The translations under genes were made by a program, and so were the position numbers. A stretch of 64,000 bases of DNA, taken from assembly GCF_001194135.2 (NCBI RefSeq), contig NC_068981.1:81699396-81763395 (forward strand). The letters are read 5' to 3'. Numbering within the stretch: position 1 is the first letter of the stretch; the number at the start of each line of letters is the position of its first letter. Below, one piece after another: positions 63,063-64,000 of this stretch. The notes beneath the pieces were generated by a model. The model was given only the letters and a program-made list of their open reading frames with translations. It ran no database searches and was not told the DNA's origin. This stretch comes from Octopus bimaculoides. Its lineage: Eukaryota.

Positions 63063-64000
63063 CTACAAAGAGAAAAAGAACAGAAAGGAAAAAAATATTA
63101 GATTAATTAGCTGACAATATTGACTTATAAATTAGGTACAAAGTTACACATTTTTTTTAAACAAGGGTATACAGTCAGATATACTGATCCCCAATACCTG
63201 CTTCATTCTAATTTTTTTCCATCTAAGAAAGATAAAAGGAAAAGTCAATCTCAATTTTGGCAGGAACTACTCATGGATTAACAGATAATACAAGGAAGGA
63301 AGGGAATTAGGAATACAGAAAAATTAATATGAAAAACAGGCAAAATATATCAAACAATACTTGGCGTTAGGAAGGGCATCCAGCTGTAGAAACTCTGCCA
63401 AATTAGATTGGAGCCTGGTGTTGCCATCCGGTTTCACCAGTCCTCAGTCAAATCGTCCAACCCATGCTAGCATGGAAAGCGGACGTTAAACGATGATGAT
63501 GATGATGATATATGTATGTATGTATTTATTAGACATGTATAGAGATAGGCAGATAAATAAGGACAGAGAAACATGCACACATACACATTATATATATACA
63601 CACACACGCACATATATATTTATATATGTGCATGTGGTGTGTATGAGAGATATGTTACTGAAGTAAAAGTGATTGATTTAATGTGTGATGAGCTAAAACA
63701 TGCAAACTAACATTATATTGTTAGAACAGCAGAGAGGTAGTGAGGAAGAAACTGAAGATGTTCCTCCATGATGTTGCTCTGTGTACAATTAGAAATGTCA
63801 CAAATGAAAAACAGAGCTTCAATGTGGTTGCTCATCCTGCAAGAACTTGTGGTAAAATCACCCTCAATTCATACCCTACGCTTTTAAAGCAGGATGCTTT
63901 GTAAAATATAGTCCTTAGACATGATGGTTACAGATAGAATGTCTTTGATCAGGAGTCACCCCATTGTTCACCTAAAACAACAGTGGAAATATCAGAAGCT

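Overview
Eukaryotic, AT-rich, microsatellite- and gap-rich draft sequence. The SINE types, the TTAGGG repeat and the LINE content suggest a mollusc, probably an octopus-type cephalopod (inference). There is no CRISPR array, rRNA or bona fide tRNA gene. Host genes: (i) pieces of a Toll-like receptor cluster whose genes have a large first coding exon (signal peptide-LRR-TM-first half of TIR) and a short terminal exon (second half of TIR), joined by a phase-2 intron. The first exon (11116-8599, minus) is assembled from two overlapping near-identical copies across a 10-N gap, and its 3' copy is frameshifted. Two divergent terminal TIR exons are present, at 464-704 (+, premature stop) and 32928-32691 (minus, intact). 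Neither lies where the first exon could cis-splice to it. (ii) The last four visible exons (63062-48882, minus) of an unidentified gene ending in SSFV. The rest is mostly transposon-derived: a 579-bp MITE with an 8-bp TSD and a palindromic telomere-repeat core, a 119-bp satellite derived from that MITE's left end, a 207-bp tandem array, an RTE LINE ending in three C2H2 fingers, R4/Dong-like, CR1-like and Penelope-like LINE pieces, minimal hammerhead ribozyme motifs, DD37D (maT) and DD36E Tc1/mariner elements, a CxxH-type DDE transposase relic, a pogo-like MITE, and a 2.0-kb TGT...ACA insertion carrying only a Tx1/L1-like ORF1. All family assignments come from motif recognition by eye; no database searches were run.
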